From Betaproteobacteria bacterium (GTDB taxonomy: Bacteria > Pseudomonadota > Gammaproteobacteria > Burkholderiales > SG8-39): a stretch of 34,824 nucleotides of DNA. The translations under genes and the position numbers were made by a program. Every line of letters begins with the position of its first letter. The stretch's first letter is position 1. The stretch spans positions 1-34,824 of the forward strand of contig JANNXB010000427.1 of assembly GCA_031409355.1 (NCBI GenBank), written 5' to 3'. This document shows, in pieces, positions 17,965 to 28,073 of this stretch. The notes under the pieces are model-generated. The model was not told the DNA's origin, searched no databases, and saw only the letters and a list, made by a program, of their open reading frames with translations.

Positions 17965-18602
17965 CTGCCAATATGGGTTTGCTGCTGACGCTGACCGAGC
18001 CGCCGCCGGCCATGACTGAGGAATTCAACGCATGGTACGACACCGAGCACATGGGCGAGCGCCTTTCGATCCCGGGTTTCCTCTCGGCGCGCCGCTGGGA
18101 GCGTGAGTGCAAGCCCGGCGAAGGCCGCTACCTCGCCACTTACGAGCTGACCTCGCCCGGCGTGCTCGAAACTCCCGAATACCTCGCCCACGTCGGTGAC
18201 AACCAGACCCCCTGGAGCAAGCGGTGCCTCGGCAAGACCACGGTATTCCGTCGCTGGGCCTGCGAACAGATCGTTCCCGGCAACCGCTCGCCCGACGAGA
18301 AAGCCAGGGCCCTTTTCCTCGCCTGCGGGGACGTTCCCGCCGCCCACGAGGAGGAGTTCAACCGCTGGTACGACATCGAGCACCTGCCGCTGCTCTTGCA
18401 GGTCCCGGGCGTGCTCGGTGCACGGCGCTTCCGCGCATCGAGCGGCTCGCCCCGCTACATCGCGCTGTACGACCTCGCCGACGAGGGCGTCCCGCAGCAT
18501 CCGGCATGGCAGTCCGCCGTGCGCACCGAATGGACGCAGCGCATCGACGAGCTCACTGCGGATTGCGAATGGATTGTTTCGGTGTGGCGTGAATATCGCT
18601 GA
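17961..18602 (+). CDS. unknown protein made of two tandem ~100-aa repeats (EthD/DUF4286-like dimeric alpha/beta-barrel guess)
   Basis: ATGA overlap with the hyuA stop. The two halves align to each other: LTEPPPAMTEEFNAWYDTEHMGERLSIPGFLSARRW..GRYLATYEL versus CGDVPAAHEEEFNRWYDIEHLPLLLQVPGVLGARRF..PRYIALYDL. Confidence 0.6.
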   Translation: MTANMGLLLTLTEPPPAMTEEFNAWYDTEHMGERLSIPGFLSARRWERECKPGEGRYLATYELTSPGVLETPEYLAHVGDNQTPWSKRCLGKTTVFRRWACEQIVPGNRSPDEKARALFLACGDVPAAHEEEFNRWYDIEHLPLLLQVPGVLGARRFRASSGSPRYIALYDLADEGVPQHPAWQSAVRTEWTQRIDELTADCEWIVSVWREYR

Positions 18603-19782
18603 GCGCCCCGCCCGCAGGCCTCGCCGCCGCCTGGAGCACGCGGTTGCGGCCGGCGTGCTTGGCCGCGTACAGGGCGGCATCGGCAGCGGCGATCAGCGTA
18701 TCCGCAGCCATGCCATGGAGCGCAAATGCCGCCACACCGCCGGAAATGGTGATCGACAGTCGCCGCCCGTTCCACTCGACGCCGTTCATCTGCACTTCGA
18801 CGCGGATGCGCTCGCATACGCGCATCGCCATGCCGGCATCCGTATCCGGCATCAGCAGTACGAACTCCTCGCCGCCGTAACGCCCGAGGATGTCCGGCTG
18901 GCGGACGGTGGCCTGCATGCAGGCGGCGATCCCGCGCAGCACTTCGTCCCCGGCCTGGTGGCCGTGCGCGTCGTTCAAATCCTTGAAATGGTCGAGATCG
19001 AACATCGCGACGCTCAGCACCGTGCCTCCCCGCCGCACCCTGGCGAGTTCCCGGTCCAGCTCCAGCATGAACGAGCGGCGGTTGAACATTCCGGTCAGCG
19101 AGTCACGCGCCGCCTGCCTCGCGAGTTCGAGATTCAGGGCCTGGATCTGCATCCAGAACATGCCGAAACTGGCCGCCGTCGCGAGCAGCAGTATCGCGAG
19201 GAAATAGCTGCTTTGCCCCGCACTCGGTGCCATTACGTCGGTGACTCGCACCTGCAGACTGAACACCAGCCTGGCCACCATCAGTGCGGCCACAATCCAG
19301 AACAGGCCGTGCATGAAACGCTGCGACGTGCGCACCTCCGGCGGCATCTCGCCGCGCAGCTCCAGCGCATTGCGTGCGAAGAAGAAAGCGCTGACGGCGG
19401 AGATCATCACGAGCCGCGCCTGCAGGCTGGGCGTGATGTCGGAAAAAACGTAGACCAGGATTACCGTGGCAGTCAGCACAGCCGCACCGAGCGGATCGTG
19501 CACCGAGCGGCCCTTGAAGATGCGGATCGCCCGGTAAAAAAGCAGGTTCGACCCGACCGCGATGGCGTTGGCCACGGTGATCGACAACAGGTCCGGCACC
19601 GTCCCGCGCAACGCGATCCCGCCGAGCCCGGCCGCCATCATGAGCAGGCCGATGCCCCAAGTGCCCACAGCGCGCGTCCCGGGCTGGCGAAAGCTGAAAT
19701 AGATCGCCAGCACACCGAGGAGCGTTACGTGCACGAGCAGGGTGATGACGAGGGTGCGGGTATCCATGACAGGGCGGATCAT
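18553..19782 (-). CDS. membrane-anchored diguanylate cyclase (multi-TM N-terminal domain plus GGDEF domain with I-site)
   Basis: DSLTGMFNRR, FDLDHFKDLNDAHGHQAGD and GGEEF active site. RQPD lies exactly 5 residues upstream of GGEEF (RxxD inhibitory site). There are about six hydrophobic helices N-terminally. The start was chosen at ATG 19782 (GGGGAA upstream); 19767 and 19860 are alternatives. The 3' end overlaps the convergent upstream gene by 50 nt. Confidence 0.8.
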   Translation of the reverse strand: MIRPVMDTRTLVITLLVHVTLLGVLAIYFSFRQPGTRAVGTWGIGLLMMAAGLGGIALRGTVPDLLSITVANAIAVGSNLLFYRAIRIFKGRSVHDPLGAAVLTATVILVYVFSDITPSLQARLVMISAVSAFFFARNALELRGEMPPEVRTSQRFMHGLFWIVAALMVARLVFSLQVRVTDVMAPSAGQSSYFLAILLLATAASFGMFWMQIQALNLELARQAARDSLTGMFNRRSFMLELDRELARVRRGGTVLSVAMFDLDHFKDLNDAHGHQAGDEVLRGIAACMQATVRQPDILGRYGGEEFVLLMPDTDAGMAMRVCERIRVEVQMNGVEWNGRRLSITISGGVAAFALHGMAADTLIAAADAALYAAKHAGRNRVLQAAARPAGGALSDIHATPKQSIRNPQ

Positions 19783-19844
19783 GACCGGCTTTTCCCCAGG
19801 CCTCAAGCCCGGCTGCGCACCCGGCCTTTGCCACGAGGATAGAC

Positions 19845-21599
19845 ATGCCCGAAACGACAATCGCGCCGCACATAGACCCGATCACGCTGGCCGTGATCCA
19901 GAACGGCCTGCAGCAGGTCTGCAACGAGATGGATCTCGCCTTCTGCCGCGCGGCGTTTTCCCCGGTGATCTCCGAGGCCATGGACCGCTCCGACGGCATC
20001 TACTCCAAGGAGGATGGTTCGCTGATCGCGCAGGGCGAGCTCGGCCTGCCCGTATTCGTCGGCACCATGCAGTTCTCCACCCGGGCCGTGATCGAGCGCG
20101 TGCGCGAGAACAACTGGGCCGTCGACCCGGGCGACGTGTTCATCGTCAACGACCCCTACCTGGGCGGCACGCACCTCATGGACGTGAAGTTCGTGAAACC
20201 GTTCTTCTACCAGGGCAAGGTGTTCGCCTGGCTGGCCAACACCGGCCACTGGCCGGACACGGGGGGCATGGTGCCCGGCGGGTTCTCGGCGCATGCCACG
20301 GAGTCCGAACAGGAAGGCCTGCGCCTGCCCCCGGTCAAGCTCTACAAGAAGGACGTGCTGGACCAGGAGATCCTGTCGATAATACTTTCCAACATTCGGA
20401 TCGCCGACCAGCGGATCGGCGATATCAAGGCGCAGGCGGCGGCGCTGTCCATCGGGGAAAAGCGCCTGGAGGCGCTGCTCGACCGGTACGGCGCCGGCAC
20501 GGTCGAGGCGGCGATCGCCGAGCTGCGGAAGCGCGCCGCGCAGCAGATGCGCGCCAAGATCGCGACAATCCCCGACGGAACCTATGAAGGCCGTGCCGTC
20601 GTCGACTCGGACGGCGTCGTGGACGAGCCGCTCGTCATACGCATGCAGGTGAGGAAGAAAGGCACCGAGCTCGAATTCGACATGACGGGATCTTCGCCGC
20701 CGTGCGCCGGGCCAATGAACTCGGTGATCGCCACCACGCGCTCGTCGATCTACCTCGCCATGAAACACATTTTCCCAGAGGTGCCGATCAACGCCGGCAC
20801 GTTCGAACCGCTGCACATCAGGGATCCCGAAGGCACCTTCCTCTACGCGCACTACCCGCGCCCCGTCTCCGGCTGCGCGGCGGAGGTCAGCCAGCGCATT
20901 GCCGAGGCAGTGTTCTCCGCGCTCACGCATGCCATCCCCGACCGGCTCTTCGCCGCGCCGGCGGGCAGTTCCGGGAACCTGGCGGTCGGCGGCCGCGATC
21001 CGCAGCGCAACCGCAACTACGTGATGTACGTGATCTCCGGCGGCGGCTATGGCGGCAGCCCGCTCGGCGACGGCATCTCCAACGGCTGCTCCACCATCGG
21101 CATTTCAAAGACCCCGCCGCTTGAAGTCATGGAGCAGTACTACCCGATCCTGTTCGAGGAGTACTCGCTGCACGAAGGCTCCGGCGGTGCCGGCGAGCAG
21201 CGCGGCGGGTTCGGCGTGAACTACACGATCCGCCTGCGGCGCGGCGATGCGCGCGCATCGATGGTGATGGACCACGGCCGTGTCGGCCCGCAGGGGGCCC
21301 TGGGCGGCTCCGACGGAGGGGTGAATACCGTGGCGATCGACCAGCGAGGCATCGAGTACCGCCCGCCGCACCTGTCGAAAGACCAGGACATCCAGCTCGA
21401 GCCGGGAGACCGCATTCGCGTCTCCACCCCGGGCGGGGGCGGCTTCGGCGATCCATACAAGCGCGATCCGGCGAAGGTCGCAAAGGACGTGGCGCGCGGT
21501 TATTACACGGCGGAACAGGTCGAGAAGCTCTACGGCGTGAAACTCGCCGCGGGAGGCGAAGTGGATACAGCGGCGACCGCGCGCCTGCGCGCGCCCTGA
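19845..21599 (+). CDS. hyuB: hydantoinase B/oxoprolinase family protein (HyuB-like subunit)
   Basis: DPITLAVIQNGL, AFSPVISEAMD and NDPYLGGTHLMD are classic HyuB/OplB motifs. GAGGA lies 6 nt upstream of the ATG. Confidence 0.85.
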   Translation: MPETTIAPHIDPITLAVIQNGLQQVCNEMDLAFCRAAFSPVISEAMDRSDGIYSKEDGSLIAQGELGLPVFVGTMQFSTRAVIERVRENNWAVDPGDVFIVNDPYLGGTHLMDVKFVKPFFYQGKVFAWLANTGHWPDTGGMVPGGFSAHATESEQEGLRLPPVKLYKKDVLDQEILSIILSNIRIADQRIGDIKAQAAALSIGEKRLEALLDRYGAGTVEAAIAELRKRAAQQMRAKIATIPDGTYEGRAVVDSDGVVDEPLVIRMQVRKKGTELEFDMTGSSPPCAGPMNSVIATTRSSIYLAMKHIFPEVPINAGTFEPLHIRDPEGTFLYAHYPRPVSGCAAEVSQRIAEAVFSALTHAIPDRLFAAPAGSSGNLAVGGRDPQRNRNYVMYVISGGGYGGSPLGDGISNGCSTIGISKTPPLEVMEQYYPILFEEYSLHEGSGGAGEQRGGFGVNYTIRLRRGDARASMVMDHGRVGPQGALGGSDGGVNTVAIDQRGIEYRPPHLSKDQDIQLEPGDRIRVSTPGGGGFGDPYKRDPAKVAKDVARGYYTAEQVEKLYGVKLAAGGEVDTAATARLRAP

Positions 21600-22447
21600 T
21601 GCTGGCGGAGCTCGTCCCCGGCATCGTCGCCGCCCTGGCCTTCGGCGCATCCAACGTTTTCGGCAAGATCGCCTTTGCCGCCGGAGCGGACGTGCTGACG
21701 CTGGTCACGTTCCGGGGCTTCGTCGGCATCGCGTTCGTCTGGGCCTGGCTGCACTTCTCGCCGGCACCCGTCCGGCACACGCAGCGGGCGCGGGCGGTGT
21801 CGCTCGGTCTCGGGGTGCTGTTCGCCGCCAACGTGTTCTGCGTGTTCAAGGCGATCGAAGCCATTCCCGTGCCGATCGCGGTGCTCGCCTATTTCATCTA
21901 CCCGCTCCTCACCGGCATCGGCGGTGCACTGACGGGGCTGGACAAGCTCAGCTGGCGCGGGGCGCTCGCCGCGGCGGTCGCCTTCGGGGGCCTCGCGCTG
22001 ATGATCGGGGCGCACCCTGAAGACCTCGGGATCGCCGGGCTGGCGTTCGCCTTCGGCGGCGCCTGCTGCCGTACCGTTATGCTGCTGGTGACGCGCGCGG
22101 AACTCGGCGGCGCCGATTCGCGCCTCACCAGCGGCTACTCGCTGCTCTCCTCCACCGCCGTGCTGGCGGTGGCCTGCCTCGCGACCCAGACCTGGAACCT
22201 GCCGCACGGGCTTGTCGGATGGGCCGGGTTCCTCGGCACCAGCCTCGCCACCACCGTGGCAATCCTGGCCCTGTTCGCCTCCACCGCCCGCATCGGTCCG
22301 TTCCGCACGGCGCTCACCATGAACCTCGAACCCGTGGTCTCCACCGTGCTCAGCATGCTGCTGCTGGGCGAGTCCATGGGACCGTTGCAGGCCTTGGGGG
22401 CGGCGATCATGATTACCGCACTCTGCGCTTTCCAGCTGAAGCGCTGA
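21599..22447 (+). CDS. DMT superfamily (EamA-like) transporter
   Basis: 282 aa with about 10 hydrophobic helices in two EamA-like halves. The ATG overlaps the hyuB TGA (TGATG). Confidence 0.7.
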   Translation: MLAELVPGIVAALAFGASNVFGKIAFAAGADVLTLVTFRGFVGIAFVWAWLHFSPAPVRHTQRARAVSLGLGVLFAANVFCVFKAIEAIPVPIAVLAYFIYPLLTGIGGALTGLDKLSWRGALAAAVAFGGLALMIGAHPEDLGIAGLAFAFGGACCRTVMLLVTRAELGGADSRLTSGYSLLSSTAVLAVACLATQTWNLPHGLVGWAGFLGTSLATTVAILALFASTARIGPFRTALTMNLEPVVSTVLSMLLLGESMGPLQALGAAIMITALCAFQLKR

Positions 22448-22490
22448 GTCGCCTCGCCATGCATAAATGTACCGGTAACAGTACACAAAC

Positions 22491-22507
22491 TGGCGGGAGA
22501 GCCGCCA
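22491..22507. terminator. weak GC hairpin (TGGCGG-GAGAG-CCGCCA) between convergent genes; possible terminator for the minus-strand C45 gene
   Basis: 6-bp perfect stem with a 5-nt loop. On the minus strand it is followed by GTTTGTGT. There is no clean U-tract on either strand. Confidence 0.25.
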
Positions 22508-22543
22508 CCCGACTTGTGTTCTGGAAGAAAAGTTTAACTTTCC

Positions 22544-23686
22544 TCAGGCAGGAACCGGCTCGGCCGCCAGTGCCACCGGCTCGTACCGCGTGAGCGATGG
22601 AACGTCCGGCGCGACCTGCATGACCCGCGCGCCGAGATCCATGACGACCGAAGCCACGGTCTCAACGCGCGCCTCCAGCGGGATAGACGGATCCGGGCGG
22701 CGGCAGATTGACAGGAACCCGGCGCTTTCGTCGCGCAGCATCCTCTGCAGGTCCTCAGGCGCGAACTTGCCGCGCTGCGCGCTCACCAGGCCGCCGATGC
22801 GCTCGAGGCGCTCGAAGGTCGACAGGTTGGGAGCGAGCGAGGCCTGGTGGACCGCGGAGGCCGGCGCGACGAAATGGTTGGTGTGGCAGAGCGCGGCCTG
22901 CGCGCCGCGCACGACCTCGAGGCCCCGCGGCGAGAACTCCAGCGCTGCGGTGTCGCCAGACGCGTCCGCGCACAGCACGTTCGACGAAGCGCCGAAGGCG
23001 AGGGCCGAAGCGAATTGGGTCGCCGCCTCCACGCTGTCGCAATCGAGCAGCGCGCGCAGCAGCACGTGCACCGGGACGCCGGGCCTGGAGCCGTCGTCCT
23101 TGGAACGCAGGATGTTGAGGCAGACGCCGAAGCCATGGCTGTTGAGCCCGATCTTGGCCAGCATGCCGGCCTCGGTCAGAGTGAGGTACGCCGTACCGTC
23201 CGGCAGCGAGCAGCGCAACAGCACCAATGCCGCTCGCTGCGTGCCCAGCCAGTCCCAGTTCTGCGCGAGCAGCGTAGTCCCGGTGGTGCTCTGCGCGGGC
23301 TTGACCGCGATCGAAGTGCACTCGCCCCAGTCGGGAACGCCCGCAGCCACGTTGCCCGCGGCGATGCGCTGCCAGTCGCCGTGCGGCGCACCGGGGTAGC
23401 TCGGAGGCAGGATCTCGGTGCGCGTGTTGAGGGCGAGGATCTCGTCAAGGCGCCGGCCCGAGCCTTCGGCGATGCCCTCGATCTCCGCCAGTAACGAGGG
23501 ATCCAGCTCGCCGACCAGGTCGCGGTAGCCCGCGCCGAGTTTCTGCGCGCCCTGCCAGTCGATCCCGCAGTAGGCGAACAGCCGTGCGTAGGTGGCGATC
23601 GAAAGCTCGATGCGCGAGCGCGCCTCGCTGCCGTGGATGCGGCCGCGCTCGCGCGGGCTGCCTTGCACTTCGATGATCGGGAACAT
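22544..23686 (-). CDS. peptidase C45 family protein (acyl-CoA:6-aminopenicillanic-acid acyltransferase-like autoproteolytic acyltransferase/hydrolase)
   Basis: The start is at ATG 23686 with AGGAGG 8 nt upstream (MFPIIEVQGSPRERG). The nucleophile context is GECTSIAV, with LLAQNWDW, TEAGMLAKIGLNS.G and CHTNHF. The 5' extension of the 568-aa ORF is shadow sequence over the divergent crotonase gene. Confidence 0.7.
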   Translation of the reverse strand: MFPIIEVQGSPRERGRIHGSEARSRIELSIATYARLFAYCGIDWQGAQKLGAGYRDLVGELDPSLLAEIEGIAEGSGRRLDEILALNTRTEILPPSYPGAPHGDWQRIAAGNVAAGVPDWGECTSIAVKPAQSTTGTTLLAQNWDWLGTQRAALVLLRCSLPDGTAYLTLTEAGMLAKIGLNSHGFGVCLNILRSKDDGSRPGVPVHVLLRALLDCDSVEAATQFASALAFGASSNVLCADASGDTAALEFSPRGLEVVRGAQAALCHTNHFVAPASAVHQASLAPNLSTFERLERIGGLVSAQRGKFAPEDLQRMLRDESAGFLSICRRPDPSIPLEARVETVASVVMDLGARVMQVAPDVPSLTRYEPVALAAEPVPA

Positions 23687-23762
23687 GGACACCTCCTGTG
23701 CGGATTCTACGCCCGGGCGTGGCAAGATGCCGCACCCTGCCGAAACCTCCCGGAGACACCCG

Positions 23763-24563
23763 ATGACCCCTGACGCAGCGCCGCCCGAAGGCCGGATCAC
23801 GACGGCCAGGGACGGCGACATCCTCCTGATCGGCTTCGACCGCCCGAAGAAACTGAACGGGTTTTCCCTGAAGATGTACCGCGAGCTGTTCGAGGCGTTC
23901 ACGGCGATGGAAAACGACGCGGCCGTGCGCGTGGGTCTCGTATATGCGCACGGGGCCAATTTCACCGCCGGCCTGCAGCTCGACCAGTTCGCCCCGCTGA
24001 TGGCGCGCGGGGAGTCAGCCGCGCCGGCCGGCAGCGTCGACCCGTTTTCGCTGCGCGAACCGATCCGCACCAAGCCCGTGGTGTGCGCCGTGCAAGGCAT
24101 CTGCTTCACTCTTGGCATCGAGCTCATGCTCGCGCAGGACATCGTCATCGCGGCCGACGACTGCCGCTTCGCGCAGATCGAGGTCAAGCGCGGCATCATG
24201 CCCACGGGCGGGGCGACGCTGCGCTTCGTCGAGCGCGCGGGCTGGGGCAACGCGCAGCGTTACCTGCTGACCGGGGACGAGTTCGATGCCGCCGAGGCGT
24301 ATCGCCTGGGCTTCGTGCAGGAGGTGGTGCCGACCGGCACGCAGTACGCACGGGCCCTCGCCATTGCGCGTGCGATCGCGGAGCAGGCGCCGCTGGCCGT
24401 GCGGGCGTCGCTCGCCTCGTCGCGCCGGTTCGCCGAGAAGGGGCCCCTGGGCATCAAGGAAGAGATGGAGGCGGTGCAGCGCGGGCTTGCGCGCACCGAG
24501 GACGCCGCCGAGGGATTGAAGTCATTCACCGAACGCCGCAAGGCGATTTTCAAAGGACGATGA
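23763..24563 (+). CDS. enoyl-CoA hydratase/isomerase (crotonase) family protein
   Basis: ILLIGFDRPKKLNGFS, FTAG, CAVQGICFTLGIELMLAQDIVIAADDCRFAQIEVKRGIMPTGGAT and the C-terminal EGLKSFTERR are crotonase-fold motifs. Confidence 0.8.
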   Translation: MTPDAAPPEGRITTARDGDILLIGFDRPKKLNGFSLKMYRELFEAFTAMENDAAVRVGLVYAHGANFTAGLQLDQFAPLMARGESAAPAGSVDPFSLREPIRTKPVVCAVQGICFTLGIELMLAQDIVIAADDCRFAQIEVKRGIMPTGGATLRFVERAGWGNAQRYLLTGDEFDAAEAYRLGFVQEVVPTGTQYARALAIARAIAEQAPLAVRASLASSRRFAEKGPLGIKEEMEAVQRGLARTEDAAEGLKSFTERRKAIFKGR

Positions 24564-25057
24564 GCATGCAGATTCCCGCCCCCTTCGACGACGCGCGCGA
24601 CGTGGTGCGCCCCGAGTGGATCGACTACAACGGCCACATGAACGTGGGCTACTACCAGGTGGTGTTCGATTTCGCGGCCGACGCGTTCTTCGACTTCCTC
24701 GGCCTCACGCAGGAATTCCGCAAGCGCCACGGCTCGACCACCTTCGCGCTGGAATGCCACGCCAACTTCCTGCGCGAGGTGAAAGAAGGCGACCCGCTTC
24801 GTTTCGAGGCGCGGCTGCTCGACTTCGACGCCAAGCGCATCCACTTCTACCAGGAGATGTTCCACGGCACCGAGGGCTACCTCGCGGCATCGCAGGAGTC
24901 GTTGTCCTCGCATGTGTCGATGACCACGCGGCGCACGGCGCCCATGCCCGCCGAACTACTCGAGCGCCTCGCCGCGGTCAAAGCAGCCCATGCGGTCCTG
25001 CCACGCCCCTGGCAGGTCGGGCACGTGATCCGCGCAGCCGGCCTTGCCATGAGGTAA
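24560..25057 (+). CDS. hotdog-fold acyl-CoA thioesterase (4HBT/YbgC-like)
   Basis: ATGA overlap with the crotonase stop. VRPEWIDYNGHMNVGYYQVVFD matches the 4HBT-type N-terminal catalytic region. 165 aa. Confidence 0.7.
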   Translation: MSMQIPAPFDDARDVVRPEWIDYNGHMNVGYYQVVFDFAADAFFDFLGLTQEFRKRHGSTTFALECHANFLREVKEGDPLRFEARLLDFDAKRIHFYQEMFHGTEGYLAASQESLSSHVSMTTRRTAPMPAELLERLAAVKAAHAVLPRPWQVGHVIRAAGLAMR

Positions 25058-25127
25058 ATTGCACCAGGCGGTGCGCACCAGTGTGCCGTGTTTTATCCCG
25101 AAGTCTTGCGCAAAGAACCTCACCGCC

Positions 25128-26392
<1,265 letters not shown>

Positions 26393-26396
<4 letters not shown>

Positions 26397-27049
26397 GGCG
26401 TGCGACCCGGCGGCTGTGCCGTCCGCGCCATCACGACGCGTCGCACGAGCACAATGGCGGCGATCGCGGCGCAAACGATTCCCGCGGCCAGTCCCACATG
26501 CGCCTCCATCCACCGCAGCGCGTCGCGGCCAAGCCAGACAACCAGTGCGACCACCGGCATCGCACCGATCACCGTGCCCAACACGAAGGTGCCGTATTTC
26601 GCCTGCGACAGGCCGAGGACCCAGTGGGTCGGCGCGCCAAGCTGGAACACGAGCCGGTAGAGGATCACGCCGCCCACACCGTGCGCGGTGAATCGTTCGT
26701 CGATGCGCCTGACGCGGGCTGGCAGGCGCGCGGAAACCCAGTCGCGCGCGACGTGGCGCGCAAACAGGAAACCGATGCTCGAGCCGCCGGCCACGGCGAC
26801 GAGGGACAACGGGTACGCGACCCAGAACGGCCACAGCGCGCCTGCGGGCAGGACCCAGACGAAAGCGGGTATCCCGAATGGCATGAGCAGGACGAAAGTC
26901 ACGACGTAGAGGACATAAGCCCAAGGCCCCCAGGTGTCCAGCAATGCCCGCACCCCGTCCGGGTCGCGGAACACCTCGAGCGCGCCGAACCGCCAGGCCG
27001 CCGCGAGGATCGCCAGTACTAGCAGGAATACCCCGAGGCGCCAACGCAT
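26393..27049 (-). CDS. DedA / TVP38-TMEM64 (SNARE-associated) family membrane protein
   Basis: The start is at ATG 27049 (MRWRLGVFLLVL). LLMPFGIPAFVWVLPAGALW and GSSIGFLFARHVARDWV are DedA-type motifs. The stop overlaps the kinase stop by 4 nt on the opposite strand. Confidence 0.7.
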
Positions 27050-27096
27050 CAACGCTTTCTGCTGCAGGGACTGGGCCACTTTCCGCCCGGACCCGC

Positions 27097-27858
27097 CTAA
27101 AACAGCGAGCTCGAAAATCCCCCGTCGACCGGGATCGCGGTTCCGGTCACGAAATCGCTGGCACCGCTGCACAGGAACACCGCGATCCCCTCGAAGTCCG
27201 CGGGAACGCCCCAGCGCCTGGCGGGCGTGCGGTCCACCACCTTGTCATGCAGCGCAGGGATGATCTGCCTGGCGCGCTTGGTCAGGTCGGTGTCGATCCA
27301 GCCGGGCAGGATGCTGTTGACCTGGATGCTGTCCTTCGCCCAGGCCGAGGCGAGGCTCTTGGTGAGCTGCACCGCCGCGCCCTTGGTGGCCGCATACACC
27401 GGCGCGACGTCGAAGCCGAACAGGCTCGTCATCGAACCGATCGTGACGACCTTGCCGCCGCCGCGTTTCACCATCTCGGGATGGACCGCCTGGCAGCAGA
27501 AGAACATGCTGGTGAGGTTCGTATCCACCACCTGGTGCCATTCCTCGGCGGTGTAGTCCTGCGGCTTCTTGCGGATGTTGGTGCCCGCGTTGGCCACCAG
27601 GATGTCGACGCCGCCGAGCTGCGAGGCGGTTTCGGCCACTGCGCGATCCACGTCCTTGCGCTGCGTGACGTCGGCGGCGATCCCGATCGCGCGGACGCCC
27701 AGGGCCGCGAGCTCCTTTACCGCAGCCGCGTTCTTTTCGGGGTTGCGCCCGACGACTGCGATGTCGGCGCCCGCACGGGCGAGGCCCCGCGCGATGCCGA
27801 GGCCGATGCCTCCGTTGCCGCCGGTGACGATCGCGACCTTGCCTTTCAGGTTGAACAT
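27097..27858 (-). CDS. SDR family oxidoreductase (KduD / gluconate-5-dehydrogenase-like)
   Basis: TGGNGGIGLGIA cofactor motif, NAG, catalytic YAATKGA, PGWIDT. The start is at ATG 27858 (MFNLKGKVAIVTGG). Confidence 0.85.
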   Translation of the reverse strand: MFNLKGKVAIVTGGNGGIGLGIARGLARAGADIAVVGRNPEKNAAAVKELAALGVRAIGIAADVTQRKDVDRAVAETASQLGGVDILVANAGTNIRKKPQDYTAEEWHQVVDTNLTSMFFCCQAVHPEMVKRGGGKVVTIGSMTSLFGFDVAPVYAATKGAAVQLTKSLASAWAKDSIQVNSILPGWIDTDLTKRARQIIPALHDKVVDRTPARRWGVPADFEGIAVFLCSGASDFVTGTAIPVDGGFSSSLF

Positions 27859-27886
27859 GGGATCGTGCCTCGGTTCCGGTCGCTTA

Positions 27887-28072
27887 CTACGAAGTGCGGC
27901 GCGCGCCGGGGCCGGCAAGCGCTTCGAGCAGTTCCCACATCGTGTGGTCGGCCCAGTAGTCCGGGTCGGCATTGATCTTGGCCACGCCCTGGGCGACGAC
28001 GTCCTTGCCTACGTCGTGCCTTTTGCAGAAATCGAGCCAGAACTCCCTGACCTCTTCGCTTGAAAGTTCCAT
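27887..28072 (-). CDS. small hypothetical protein (61 aa)
   Basis: MELSSEEVREFWLDFCKRHDVGKDVV.... The ATG lies 1 nt after the stop of the upstream ORF (TGAGATG). GC3 is high in this frame. I recognise no family. Confidence 0.45.
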   Translation of the reverse strand: MELSSEEVREFWLDFCKRHDVGKDVVAQGVAKINADPDYWADHTMWELLEALAGPGARRTS

Positions 28073-28073
28073 C

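Noticed and set aside
22468-22485. TGTAC-N8-GTACA inverted repeat, and the AAAGTT-T-AACTTT palindrome at 22529-22541, in the AT-richer spacer between convergent genes.
   Set aside because: The stems are short and weak, with no adjacent U-tract or nearby promoter. They are indistinguishable from chance or weak terminator elements. Only the GC hairpin at 22491-22507 is listed, and at low confidence.
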